Origin: Myxococcota bacterium
GTDB lineage: Bacteria; Myxococcota_A; UBA796; UBA2385
Direction of reading: 5' to 3'
NCBI GenBank assembly: GCA_044344255.1
Contig: JBIJDH010000021.1
Location: 1-64,000, forward strand
DNA length: 64,000 nt
This document shows positions 48,628 through 58,399 of this stretch, piece after piece (the stretch's first letter is position 1; every line of letters starts with the position of its first letter). Made by a program: the position numbers and the translations under genes. The notes below the pieces were generated by a model. It was not told where the DNA came from. It was given only the letters and a program-made list of their open reading frames with translations, and did no database searches.

Positions 48628-51600
48628 GGGAGGGCTCCTACAGGGTCCGATTCAGGGTCCGATTCAGCGTCGGAGCGCCGGACGTAGTCCTGGACCACCT
48701 CGGCGGGGGGCGTGCCGGGGTCGGGGGCGAGGCCGGCGACGCGCGGCCGCACCACGACGGGCGGACCACCATCGGGGACGGTGACGGTGTAGAGGTATTG
48801 GCCCGCAGGCAGCTCCTCGACGATGACGATGCCCTCGGCCTTCTGGTCGCCCTCGGGGCCGTAGAGGCGCCCGACGGCGCCGTCGGCGCTCGCCCGGAGG
48901 CCGACGCCCACGAGGCCGGGCCGCTCGACCCGGATCGTCCAGGCCGCACCTTGCCCGGCGGAGAGCAGCACCGGCTCGGCGAGACCCTCTTCCGCAGGGC
49001 GCGCGGGCGAGGCGAAGAGGCCGAGGCTCCCAGAGAGCGGGGCCCCGGCGAGGCCGCGCAGGAGGAGCTCCACCGCGCCCCCTCGGACGGGCACCGAAGC
49101 GGAGCCTCCGGGGTGCAGCAGCACCAGGGGCGGGGCGCCGGGGGGGCTCACGATGAGGAGCGCGGGGCTGCTCAGGCGGACGGTCAGGAGGCTGGGGCCC
49201 GGCACGTCGGCTTGGACGCGCTGGGAGGCGCCGCTGAGCGCCAACACCGCCGGGAGCTCAGGCGCTCGTGTCTCGACGGTGGGGGTGGTCTGCCCCCAGA
49301 GTGACCGCGCGGCGGCGGCGGGGCCCTCGGTGGCGGAGGCGTCGAGCCAGGCGACCCAGAGGCCCGGGCCGTGGTCGACGGTGAGGCGGGCGGGGGCGCC
49401 GTCGAGGGGGAGGTCGGTCCCACGCTGGAAGCTGCCGTCGGCGCGGAGCAGCGAGGCCTCCCGGACCCCGCGGAGGTGCAGCGTGGCGCCGGGCGCGGCG
49501 GGCACCTCGAAGAGGAGGCGCCCCGCGTGGTCCTCGCGGCGCTCGAGCGGGCGGTCGGCGCTCAGGCGGGGGAGCGCCGCGAGCGCTGGCAGCGCCTCGA
49601 CGGCGGCGGGCGCGGCGGCCGAGGTGGGGTTGACGACGAGCACGGCGCCACCGGCCTCGAGGCGGAGGTCGAGGCCGGCGGGCCCGGCGGCGTGCACGCT
49701 CTCCACGCGCTCGCCGTCGAGGATCGCGGCCACGAGGCCGGCGGGGAGGACGAGCCGGAAGGGGGCCCCGGGATCGGGGCGCTCGAAGCGGCGGGCCTCC
49801 CCCGCGGGGACCTGGAAGGCGGGCCGATCCACCGCCTTCGCGGCGGGGAAGGGCTGGCTGCGCACCCGCATCTCCAGGTCGGCGGTGTCGCCGGCCGGGC
49901 GGAGGGTGGCCAGCGCCTCGTCGGCCTCGGGGATCAGGCCCACGACGCGGCGCTCGGCGGTGTCGACCGCCTCCCAGGTGCGGCGGCCCTCGTGGAGGCT
50001 GAGGCGGGGCTGGCCGGCGGTGGCCGTGGCGATGACCAGCAGCGGGCCGCCCGCCCCGGCGAGGTTCACCGAGCCCGCGCGCGGGAGCAGGGCCTCCTGA
50101 CCGGCCTGCAGCGTCACCCGCCGGCCTCGGATCTTCGCCTTGCCCTCGCCGCGCAGCCAGAGCTCGGGCGTGGCCGGCAAGAGGCCGCCGGTCACGGGGA
50201 GGCAGGCCTCGCCGGCGGCCGGGCACCAGCGGAGGCCAGGGGTGGGCTCGATGGCGAAGGCGCCGGGCTCGCCTGCGTGGACGCGGAGGATGGGGCCGGG
50301 CTGCCCGCGGCCGAGCGGGCCCTCGCGGTCGTCGCGGGGGGAGGTGCTGCTGAGCCGCAGCTCGACCGGGTTCCCGCGCTGGTCGATCGACCAGACCCGA
50401 AGGCGCCAGCGCCCGGCGTCGCCGCGGAGGGCGAGGGGGGCCCGCCTCCCCTGGGCGCTGCCGACGAGGATCCAGCGGCCGTCGCGCTCGTGCTCGATCG
50501 CGATCCCCACGTTGTCGGCGGAGCTCGCCTCCACTTGGATCAGGGCGCCGGGCGGGGCCTCGAAGGGGTAGCGGTGTACGTCCACCCCGGGCTGGAGGCG
50601 GAGGGGCGCGCCGGCGGAGAGGGGCGGCTCATCGACCTCGCCCGCGGCCCGGAGGCGGAGGGTGGTGGGGACGCTGGGGAGGCCCACGGGCTCGATCACG
50701 AGGGAGTAGGCGCCGGGCAGGAGGCGGGGCAGGAGGCGGACGTTCCAGTCCTCGGGGCCGTCGTCGGCGCTGGCCACGAGGGCGCCCGCGGCGTCGAGGA
50801 GGCGCGCCTTGACGTCGTAGTCGCCGAGCGTGCCGATCTCGACGAGGCCCTCGGCGCCGATCGTGATGGGGACGGTCACGGGGGCCTGCACCGCGCGGCT
50901 GGCGCCCACGAGCAGCGGCTCGGGCTGGAGCCGCACCGCGTACTCCACACCGGCGTTGCGGCGCGCGTTGCGGAGCTCGAGGCGGTAGTCCCCGGCCGGG
51001 AGCGGGCCCGTCCAGGGGCGGTCGGGGCTCAGGCGCCCGAGCTCGGCCTGCCCCTCGGCGGCCCGCAGCTCTCCCACCATCGCCGCCGTGGCGGAGAGGG
51101 TGACGGTGGCCGCGGCGGGGAGATGGAAGGTCCAGACATCGGGGGTTCGGGCCTCGGACTCCCACCAGATATGGCTCGCGTCCACCTCGAGGGCGAGCGG
51201 GAAGGGGCCGTGGCCGCTGCGCTTCGGGGGCTCCACCACGCGGTCGAGGGCCGTCTGCCGGCGCACCGCCTGCCGCTCGGGGAGGAGGATGAGGCGGTAG
51301 CCGCCGGCCTCGAGGTGGACCCGCAGATCCGCCTCGACGCCGGGGGTGACGATCGGCCAGCCGTCTGCGTCTTCGAGGCGGACGCGCCCGAGGGCCCCCG
51401 GGCCGGCGCTGCGGATCTGCCACTCGCCCGCCTCGGCGAGGGTGAAGCGGTAGAGCACCCCTTCGTCGGCCGCCAGGGCCACGGTGGCGGGGACGCCGTC
51501 GGTGAGCGCGCCGCCGTCGCGCAGGGGGCTCCGGTTGAGCGCGAGGCCGAGGTGGCCGGCCGAGCTGCCGCGGGTGGTCACGGTGACCTGGTAGTCCCCC

Positions 51601-53720
51601 TCGCGGAGGTACTCGCCGACGACGAAGTTGCGCCCCACGCCGTTCTCGGCGGCGGTGCGCCAGGAGGGATTGGTGCGGGTGCGGAGGGAGCCTTCGGTGG
51701 CGAGGAGGCCCGTGCTCTCCACGCGGTAGAGGCCAGCCTCCTGCACCTGGAGCGCGACGGTGCCGCTGCCCTCGGCCTCGAGGTCCATGAACTCGGGGGC
51801 GCCCGCGGCGAGGACGGGGAAGTCGGGGAGGGAGATCGCGCCGAGGTCGGGCAGCGGGGCCCCGGGAGCGGCGGCGGGGGGGGCGAGCCGCACCGCGCCC
51901 AGCAGCGTCGCCTGGCTCACCTGCCGCACGAGGACGCTGTGGCTGCCCGCGGTCACTTGGGCCGAGCGGGCCCAGGCGCCGCCGTCCACCTGGAGCTCGG
52001 CAAAACGGCCGCCGCCGAGGGGGGCCACCAGCGTGCCTGCGGCCTTCAGGTTGGCGGGCACGACCACCGGCAGGCTCGGCTTCAGCAGGACGGGCACCTC
52101 GGCCTCGAAGGTGGCGGGCAGCGTCGTCTCGATGAGGCCGGTGCGGCTCCCCGGCACCTGGCCGAGGTGGAGCTGGTACTTGAGCTTGGGCTCCAGGTTG
52201 ACGACCGGGAGCTGCACGACCCCCACCGCCGGAGAGAAGGGCAGCGCCTCCTCCACACCGAGGAAGCGGAGGGCCGCGCCGCTGATCGAGCTCGGGCGCA
52301 GCGTGACCGTGGCGATGCCCTCGGCGGCGGGCTTGAGGCGGAGCACGTGGAAGCCCGCGCTGAGCGAGAGGGTGGCGGAGCCCCGGACGGGGGCGGGCGC
52401 GGCGTAGCCCTTCGGCGGGGTGATGAACCAGGGCTCGAGCTGCAGGTCGGTGGCGGGGCCCTCCACCTCGACCCGGTAGCTCCCCGCCTCCTTCACCTCG
52501 ACGAAGAGCGTGGTGGCGCCGAGCAGGTTGAAGCGGCGGCGCCAGCCGTGGTTGGCGTCGATGGGGATGGCCGCCGCGGCGACCACCCGCTGACCGTCGG
52601 TGAGGAGGGCGGTGAGATCGGCGGAGTCGCTGGGGTCACCGGCGCGGAGCAGGCTCAGCAGGCGCGGGCCAACCCCGCTGATCGCGGTCTGGGCCCCGCG
52701 GGGGATGAAGTGCTGGACCACCACCTCGCGGCCCGGGGCCCCGGTGAGCGTGAGGACCTGCACCTTCGCGCCGCTGGTGCCGAGCTCGGCCACGGGCAGG
52801 CGGCTCTCCGCGGTGACGCGGGCCGTGGAGGCGGCGGCCCGGTAGAGCCCGTCGCGATCGTAGGCGGAGACGGCGAGGGTGGCGGGCTCGACGCTCGGCA
52901 GCTCGAGGCGGAACCAGGTGCTGCCACCCGTGACCCGGAGGCGGGTCTGGCCGAAGGCGGAGAGCGTGACCGCGCCGCGCCCGACGGCGTCGAGCGAGGG
53001 CAGGCCGCGTTGCACCCAGAGCGGGGCGCGGTCGTCGGGGCCGGTCCAGCGCAGGGGGGCGCCGCCGTAGGCCACCACCTTGTAGGCGCCAGCGGGCAAC
53101 GTCCCCGAGAAGGTGCAGTCCGTGAGCGGCTGCCCGGGGCTGAGCTCGACGCGGCTGCAGGTGGGCGTCGCCGCCTCGAGCCAGGTGCCGTCGCGCCAGA
53201 GGCGCACCTCGGCGAGGGCGCGGCCGATGAGCTCAAGGGCGACGGGCTCGTCGTCTCGCCCGACCTGGATCCAGTAGGAGCGCTGCTGGAGGTCTTGGAG
53301 GGTGGACTCTGTGATGCGGCCGTCGTCGGGCAGGAGGGGGGCGCCCACGCTCTGCTCGACGAAGGGCGCCACCCGGAGGCGGGCCTCCCCCTTGCCCTCC
53401 GGGGAGGCGGAGGTGCGGAGCAGGTGCTGGCCCCGCTCCAGGAAGAGGTCGATCCGCCCGTCCCGCTGCCCCGGCGCGCCCACGCGGGGCCCCGGGCCGG
53501 CCATCCGATCAATGAGCTGGAGGGCGGTGCCCTGATCGCTCTCGGCGAGGATCGCGTAGCGGCCGAACTGTTCGACCGTCACCATCGCCCGACCCTCTCC
53601 GCGGGCAGCCACCCGGTCGGGGCGCACCTCCGCGCGGGGGGCGCCGGCCGCCGGGGCGGCCTGGGCCGCGGGGGAGAGCGCGAAGAGGCTCAACAGGAGG
53701 CAGACGAGGGAGGGCCACAT
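48624..53720 (-). CDS. Giant secreted protein (~1700 aa) with repeated PPC-like beta-sandwich modules
   Basis: Signal MWPSLVCLLLSLFALSPAAQA; recurring V.E.G.Y.V...L..G.Y.(V/L) units; GTGA overlap with the A2M start. Confidence 0.85.
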   Translation of the reverse strand: MWPSLVCLLLSLFALSPAAQAAPAAGAPRAEVRPDRVAARGEGRAMVTVEQFGRYAILAESDQGTALQLIDRMAGPGPRVGAPGQRDGRIDLFLERGQHLLRTSASPEGKGEARLRVAPFVEQSVGAPLLPDDGRITESTLQDLQQRSYWIQVGRDDEPVALELIGRALAEVRLWRDGTWLEAATPTCSRVELSPGQPLTDCTFSGTLPAGAYKVVAYGGAPLRWTGPDDRAPLWVQRGLPSLDAVGRGAVTLSAFGQTRLRVTGGSTWFRLELPSVEPATLAVSAYDRDGLYRAAASTARVTAESRLPVAELGTSGAKVQVLTLTGAPGREVVVQHFIPRGAQTAISGVGPRLLSLLRAGDPSDSADLTALLTDGQRVVAAAAIPIDANHGWRRRFNLLGATTLFVEVKEAGSYRVEVEGPATDLQLEPWFITPPKGYAAPAPVRGSATLSLSAGFHVLRLKPAAEGIATVTLRPSSISGAALRFLGVEEALPFSPAVGVVQLPVVNLEPKLKYQLHLGQVPGSRTGLIETTLPATFEAEVPVLLKPSLPVVVPANLKAAGTLVAPLGGGRFAELQVDGGAWARSAQVTAGSHSVLVRQVSQATLLGAVRLAPPAAAPGAPLPDLGAISLPDFPVLAAGAPEFMDLEAEGSGTVALQVQEAGLYRVESTGLLATEGSLRTRTNPSWRTAAENGVGRNFVVGEYLREGDYQVTVTTRGSSAGHLGLALNRSPLRDGGALTDGVPATVALAADEGVLYRFTLAEAGEWQIRSAGPGALGRVRLEDADGWPIVTPGVEADLRVHLEAGGYRLILLPERQAVRRQTALDRVVEPPKRSGHGPFPLALEVDASHIWWESEARTPDVWTFHLPAAATVTLSATAAMVGELRAAEGQAELGRLSPDRPWTGPLPAGDYRLELRNARRNAGVEYAVRLQPEPLLVGASRAVQAPVTVPITIGAEGLVEIGTLGDYDVKARLLDAAGALVASADDGPEDWNVRLLPRLLPGAYSLVIEPVGLPSVPTTLRLRAAGEVDEPPLSAGAPLRLQPGVDVHRYPFEAPPGALIQVEASSADNVGIAIEHERDGRWILVGSAQGRRAPLALRGDAGRWRLRVWSIDQRGNPVELRLSSTSPRDDREGPLGRGQPGPILRVHAGEPGAFAIEPTPGLRWCPAAGEACLPVTGGLLPATPELWLRGEGKAKIRGRRVTLQAGQEALLPRAGSVNLAGAGGPLLVIATATAGQPRLSLHEGRRTWEAVDTAERRVVGLIPEADEALATLRPAGDTADLEMRVRSQPFPAAKAVDRPAFQVPAGEARRFERPDPGAPFRLVLPAGLVAAILDGERVESVHAAGPAGLDLRLEAGGAVLVVNPTSAAAPAAVEALPALAALPRLSADRPLERREDHAGRLLFEVPAAPGATLHLRGVREASLLRADGSFQRGTDLPLDGAPARLTVDHGPGLWVAWLDASATEGPAAAARSLWGQTTPTVETRAPELPAVLALSGASQRVQADVPGPSLLTVRLSSPALLIVSPPGAPPLVLLHPGGSASVPVRGGAVELLLRGLAGAPLSGSLGLFASPARPAEEGLAEPVLLSAGQGAAWTIRVERPGLVGVGLRASADGAVGRLYGPEGDQKAEGIVIVEELPAGQYLYTVTVPDGGPPVVVRPRVAGLAPDPGTPPAEVVQDYVRRSDAESDPESDPVGALP

Positions 53721-53727
53721 CTGTGAC

Positions 53728-54663
53728 TTATAGCGGGTCACCGCCGGGCAGGCTGGCCACAATGCGCTCCGTCTCTGTCCAAAGTCGACCGGCGAGGGCC
53801 ATGTCCTGGCCGCGGGCGTTGGAGGTCGCGACGTTACAGTCCGCGAGGTACTCGCCGCGCAGCTTGCCCGCGTCGGGGTGGACGAGGGCCCAGGTCTGGG
53901 TGGCCGCGCCCTGGGGGATGGTCTTGAGCGCGATGGGCCCCGCCATCGACCAGGCCGCCTGGGCCATGCCGCTCATATGGCGGGTGAGGTTGGTCGCGAT
54001 GACGCCGGGGTGGAGCGCGTTCGCAGTCTGCCCGGTCCCCGCCATCCGCCGCCCGAGCTCGCGGGCGAAGAGCAGGTTCGCCATCTTCGACTGCCCATAG
54101 GAGCCCCAGGGCGTGTATCCCCGCGCGCCGGAGAGGTTGTCCAGCTCGACGCCGGCCGCCGGGGCCCGCAGGTGGGCGGCGCTGCTCACCATCACCACCC
54201 GGCCGGTGGGGCTGAGCCTCGGCAGCAGGCCGGTGACGAGGATGAAGTGGCCGACATGATTGGTGAACAGCTGGAGCTCGATGCCGAACTTCTGTTCATT
54301 CTTGGGGAGGGCCATGATGCCCGCGTTGCAGAGGATGCCCTCGAGCGGCTGGCCCTCGGCGTTCAAGCGTCGGACCGCGGAGCCGATGGAGGCAGGGTCA
54401 GAGAGCTCGATGGCCACGGGCACGAAGGCGCCGGGCAGGCCCTTGAAGGCGGCGGTGGCCTTCTCCTCGCTGCGCGCCGAGGTGAGGACGGTCGCGCCGC
54501 GGAGGCCGAGCACGCGCGCCGACTCGAAGCCGATGCCCGAGGTGGCGCCCGTGACGAGGTAGCGCTTGCCGCGGAGGTCGAGGCCCTCGCTCACCTCCTC
54601 TGCCGTTGAGTTGTACCCGAAGCCGCTCGGGCCCTTCCCCGCGAACCAACCGTAGATCGACAT
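53728..54663 (-). CDS. Short-chain dehydrogenase/reductase (retinol-DH/WWOX-like)
   Basis: TGATSGIG, NAGIM, NHVGHF, VSSAAH, YGQSK, HPGVIAT. Confidence 0.93.
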   Translation of the reverse strand: MSIYGWFAGKGPSGFGYNSTAEEVSEGLDLRGKRYLVTGATSGIGFESARVLGLRGATVLTSARSEEKATAAFKGLPGAFVPVAIELSDPASIGSAVRRLNAEGQPLEGILCNAGIMALPKNEQKFGIELQLFTNHVGHFILVTGLLPRLSPTGRVVMVSSAAHLRAPAAGVELDNLSGARGYTPWGSYGQSKMANLLFARELGRRMAGTGQTANALHPGVIATNLTRHMSGMAQAAWSMAGPIALKTIPQGAATQTWALVHPDAGKLRGEYLADCNVATSNARGQDMALAGRLWTETERIVASLPGGDPL

Positions 54664-54711
54664 GTGCACCCCTGATGGGGCGGTCTACCCCGAAACGAGG
54701 GCACGGGAGGC

Positions 54712-56160
54712 TCAGGCGTGCGCGCCGTCCCAGAAGGAGCCGTAGTCCCCGCTCGGCAGCGCGCCGTCGGGCTGTCGGGCGGACATGGCGTCGGCGAGGC
54801 ACTCCACGCCGTCGAGGTAGGCCTCGTGCATCTCTTCGGAGGTGGCGAGCGGGGTGTCGTAGACCGGCGGCAGCTCCTCGTGGTAGCGGGAGAGGTCGCG
54901 GTGGCGCAGCGTGAGGCCGTGCTTCTCGGGGGCGCTCCACAGGGCGCTGCCGGGGTAGGGCACCATCGAGAAGAGGTAGCTGGCGCGCAGCAGGCCGCGG
55001 TGGATGGCCTCGCAGGTCCAGTCCACCGAGCGTCGCATCTCGTCCGTGCTCAGCCCCGGCAGGCCGTTGACCAGGAAGGAGCAGGCCGAGAGCCCGTGGT
55101 CGGCCACCCGCTTCAGCGTGTCCTCGGCGGCGGTCAGCTTCACCCGCTGCTTGTGATCGCGGAGGCCGGCCTCCGTGGCGGCCTCGACACCGATCTCCAC
55201 CCACCGGCAGCCGCCCCGCTCGAGGTCGCGGAGCATGGGCTCGTCGACGAGGCAGTTGAGCCGGGTCTGGATGTCGAAGGTGATGTCCCCCTCGAGGGCG
55301 AGGGCCTGACAGAGCGCGCGGGTGCGGTCGGGGCGGAGGGTGAAGGTCTCGTCGCCGAAGTAGACGTGGTGGGGGCCGTACCGCGCCCTGTACGCTCGAA
55401 TCTCCCGAATTACCCGTTCCACGGGGAACCAACGGGTGCTCTGCCCGATGGTCTGGATGGTGCAGAAGGAGCAGACGTAGGGGCAGCCGAGGCCGTAGAC
55501 GATGCGGAGGTAGCGCAGGCTCGGCCCGAGCTCGGCGGGGAGGAGGTCAACCCGCGGGAAGGGGAGCTCCGAGGGCGGGAGGATCGGGTAGACCCCCGGG
55601 TGGACGACGACGTCGCCGTGTGCGTCTTTGTGGCCGAGCTGCTGGACCTGGGAGACGTCTCCCCTCCGGAGGCCGTCGAGCAGCGCCGGCAGCGCGAGCT
55701 CGGCCCGGCCCGCGATCACGAAGTCGACGGCCGGATGAGCGGCCACCTCTCGCTGGAGGGGGGTGGCGACGATGCCGCCGAACAGCGTCTTGGCCTTCGG
55801 GTGGACCTCGCGGATGACGCTCGCGACCACCAGCGCGACGTGCAGGTTCGGGGTCATCGGCGAGAAGAGGTAGACGTCCGCCGGCTGCTCCCGCAGCTTA
55901 CGCGCGAAGAAGTCGAGATCGGGCTCGGAGCCGGCGCGCAGCGGGCTGTAGAGGTCGACGGTCTGCTGGTCGGGGTAGCCGGCCGCGTCGAGGACGCCGC
56001 CCAGCCAGTGCATCCAGTGGGGCAGCTCCCAGAGCCGACCATCCGTGAAGCCGAGCCCGGGGTGTGCCGCGTGGTACTGCCGGTCGAAGGCCTCCCAGAA
56101 GCGACGGCGGGGCGCGACCGGGACGGTGGGCATCGGGGTGTGGACGAAGGCGACTCGCAT
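54712..56160 (-). CDS. Cobalamin-binding radical SAM enzyme (class B-like)
   Basis: N-terminal B12-type Rossmann domain (FGGIVAT, GRAE), CPYVCSFC, FGDETFT, IGVEA, NGLPG, PYPGS. Confidence 0.9.
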   Translation of the reverse strand: MRVAFVHTPMPTVPVAPRRRFWEAFDRQYHAAHPGLGFTDGRLWELPHWMHWLGGVLDAAGYPDQQTVDLYSPLRAGSEPDLDFFARKLREQPADVYLFSPMTPNLHVALVVASVIREVHPKAKTLFGGIVATPLQREVAAHPAVDFVIAGRAELALPALLDGLRRGDVSQVQQLGHKDAHGDVVVHPGVYPILPPSELPFPRVDLLPAELGPSLRYLRIVYGLGCPYVCSFCTIQTIGQSTRWFPVERVIREIRAYRARYGPHHVYFGDETFTLRPDRTRALCQALALEGDITFDIQTRLNCLVDEPMLRDLERGGCRWVEIGVEAATEAGLRDHKQRVKLTAAEDTLKRVADHGLSACSFLVNGLPGLSTDEMRRSVDWTCEAIHRGLLRASYLFSMVPYPGSALWSAPEKHGLTLRHRDLSRYHEELPPVYDTPLATSEEMHEAYLDGVECLADAMSARQPDGALPSGDYGSFWDGAHA

Positions 56161-56172
56161 GGGCGGGCTCGG

Positions 56173-58260
56173 TCAGGCGAGAGACCTGGGGCGGCGTCGG
56201 GTCAAGAGGAGGAGCAGGCCGCTGAGGCCGAAGAGCAGCCGAGCGGGTTGAGGCAGGGCGCTGCAGCCGGCGTCGGTGCCGGTGCCGTCGAGGGCGATCG
56301 CCTCCCCGGGGGGGCGGCCGTCGCGGGTCTCGGCGAAGCCGCCGCCGCCGCCGTTGCCGGTCGGGGCCTTGTCTTCGGGGACCTCGGCGGTCGGGGTGGC
56401 GGTGTCGGGCTCCGGGGGCTCGGTGCCGTCCCCGCCGCCGTCCGCGGCGCCGTCGGCGCTGCCGTCGCCGCCGTCTCCGCTGCCGTCGCTCGGCTCCTCG
56501 GCGGGCGGGGCGGTGCCGTGGGCCGAGAACAGCGTGCTGACGCCGATCTCCAGGTGGCCGTTGTTGTAGCCCGGCCAGTCGTAGACGATGTCGGCCCCGT
56601 CGTAGTTGCCCCAGGAGCCGGTGCCGGCGTCGCCGTAGGGATCGTTCACGACCATCGTGTGGATCGCGCCACCATCGACGGTCATGTAGCCGCGGACGGA
56701 GATGATGTGCCCATAGCCGAGGACGCTCACCGAGGCGTAGAGCGGGTAGCCCGCGTTCACCTCGTTGATCAGCGCCCCCCAGTCTGCGCCGAGCTGCCCC
56801 GAGCCCACGCCGTGCTGCTCCATGAAGGCGGTCATATAGGCCCAGACCGCGCCGCCGTACTCTCGACAGATGAACCCGTGGGCGCCCTGGGTGTCGCCGC
56901 CCGCCGCGACCCCCCAGACATCGTAGGTGTAGCCGTTGAAGCTGTATACATTGGGGATGTACCAGCCCCAGTGGCTGGTGTGCGCATACGGCCAGGAGGC
57001 GGTGATGTCGGCGTTGGGCAGCACGCTCCACTTGGCGAGGGTCTGGATGTTGGACGTGGGGCCGCACGACCAGTTGCCGTTGTAGTCGTCGGGGGTGTCC
57101 CAGAGCTGGTGCATGTAGGGGACATCCACCTCGACGCGGGCCTCGGTGGGGGGCGGCGGCGGCGGCGCGCTGCCCTCGGGGAGGCTCGTCTCGGCGTCGA
57201 GGGCGCGCTCGGCGCGGCCATCGACGAGGCGCCAGAGGTCTCCGTCGCGGGTGTCGATGAAGTAGAAGCCGCCGCTCGAGCCGATCGGGGCTGGATAACG
57301 CGCGTGAACCGTGGGGTCGTCGAGCAGCACCCGGCTGACCCCGGTGGCGGCGTCGAAGACCCACAGCGAGGACGAGATCACCGTGTAGGGGCTCGTCTCC
57401 CGCTCGGGGTCGGGCCCGAGGTCGCCCTGGGTGACGCGGCGGGTGAAGACGAGGCGCTGGCCGCCGGGGATCCAGGCGGGATCGGTGCCCTCGAAGGTGG
57501 CCACCACCCGCCCGCTGGCGGGATTGACCACGGTGATCGTCTGGTCGGTGTGGTGGCTGAGCAGGGCGCCGTCGGCGCTCCAGGCCGGGTGGGCCCCGGG
57601 CTCGGGGGTGGGGATGTGCCGGGCCCCGCCGGTGCGGAGGTCTTGTACGAAGAGGCGCCCGGTGTCGTCGTCCCAGGCGATGCGCCGCCCCGCGGGGTCG
57701 GGCTCGACGAGGTCGACGCCCTCGGGCCCGACGGGCCGACCGGCGCGCAGGCGGAGGCCGCCCTGCTCGCCCAAGCGGGTCGGCTGGCCCACCCAGGGGC
57801 CCTCGCGGAGGAGCCGCGCCTCGCCGGCCTCCCAGCGGATCGCCTGCTGCACGCCGTAGGCGGGGACGGCCTTCCAGAGCAGGGCGTCGCCGTCCCAGAC
57901 GGGGTGAAAGCCCGCGCCAGGGGCCTGGGAGAGGGGCTGGAGGGAGCGGGGAGCGCCGAGCGGTGCGCCGCCCTGGGGTGCGCCGCCCTGGGCTGCGCCG
58001 GGGCTCCAGCGGTAGAGGCCGGCGCGGTCCCAGCGGGTGAGCGCGACCTGCTGGCCGTCCGCCGAGACCACCGGCGGGCCGAAGCCCTCCTGGCCCTCCA
58101 CCCCTGGCTGGAAGTCGGCGGGGGCGCCAGCCATCGCGCGCGGGGCCGAGAAGGCCAGGAGGGACAAGAGGAGAGTCAGGGCCAAGACCGAAGCCCACGA
58201 GCGCCCTTGGGCGGACGGGAGCGGAGCAGGCTCGGGATTGTGCGACAAGGACACCTCCAC
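56173..58260 (-). CDS. TolB-like propeller plus C39-like cysteine peptidase with MYXO-CTERM-like anchor
   Basis: Signal peptide; HPAWSADG/DPAWIPGG repeats; VPYMHQ, SCGPTS, GHII, NDPYG; tail AGCS...LLLLLTRRR; start uncertain. Confidence 0.82.
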   Translation of the reverse strand: MEVSLSHNPEPAPLPSAQGRSWASVLALTLLLSLLAFSAPRAMAGAPADFQPGVEGQEGFGPPVVSADGQQVALTRWDRAGLYRWSPGAAQGGAPQGGAPLGAPRSLQPLSQAPGAGFHPVWDGDALLWKAVPAYGVQQAIRWEAGEARLLREGPWVGQPTRLGEQGGLRLRAGRPVGPEGVDLVEPDPAGRRIAWDDDTGRLFVQDLRTGGARHIPTPEPGAHPAWSADGALLSHHTDQTITVVNPASGRVVATFEGTDPAWIPGGQRLVFTRRVTQGDLGPDPERETSPYTVISSSLWVFDAATGVSRVLLDDPTVHARYPAPIGSSGGFYFIDTRDGDLWRLVDGRAERALDAETSLPEGSAPPPPPPTEARVEVDVPYMHQLWDTPDDYNGNWSCGPTSNIQTLAKWSVLPNADITASWPYAHTSHWGWYIPNVYSFNGYTYDVWGVAAGGDTQGAHGFICREYGGAVWAYMTAFMEQHGVGSGQLGADWGALINEVNAGYPLYASVSVLGYGHIISVRGYMTVDGGAIHTMVVNDPYGDAGTGSWGNYDGADIVYDWPGYNNGHLEIGVSTLFSAHGTAPPAEEPSDGSGDGGDGSADGAADGGGDGTEPPEPDTATPTAEVPEDKAPTGNGGGGGFAETRDGRPPGEAIALDGTGTDAGCSALPQPARLLFGLSGLLLLLTRRRPRSLA

Positions 58261-58399
58261 GGGGCTGAAGCTGCCATGGCTGCCGCCCGCCCTAACCGGT
58301 CTGCGGCGCGGACCCGCTCGATTGGAGGCGGATGTTATCGCCTGTGATCGACGACAGGTCCAAGAGCGCTATGGTGTGCGGAATATTTTTGGAGCCTTG

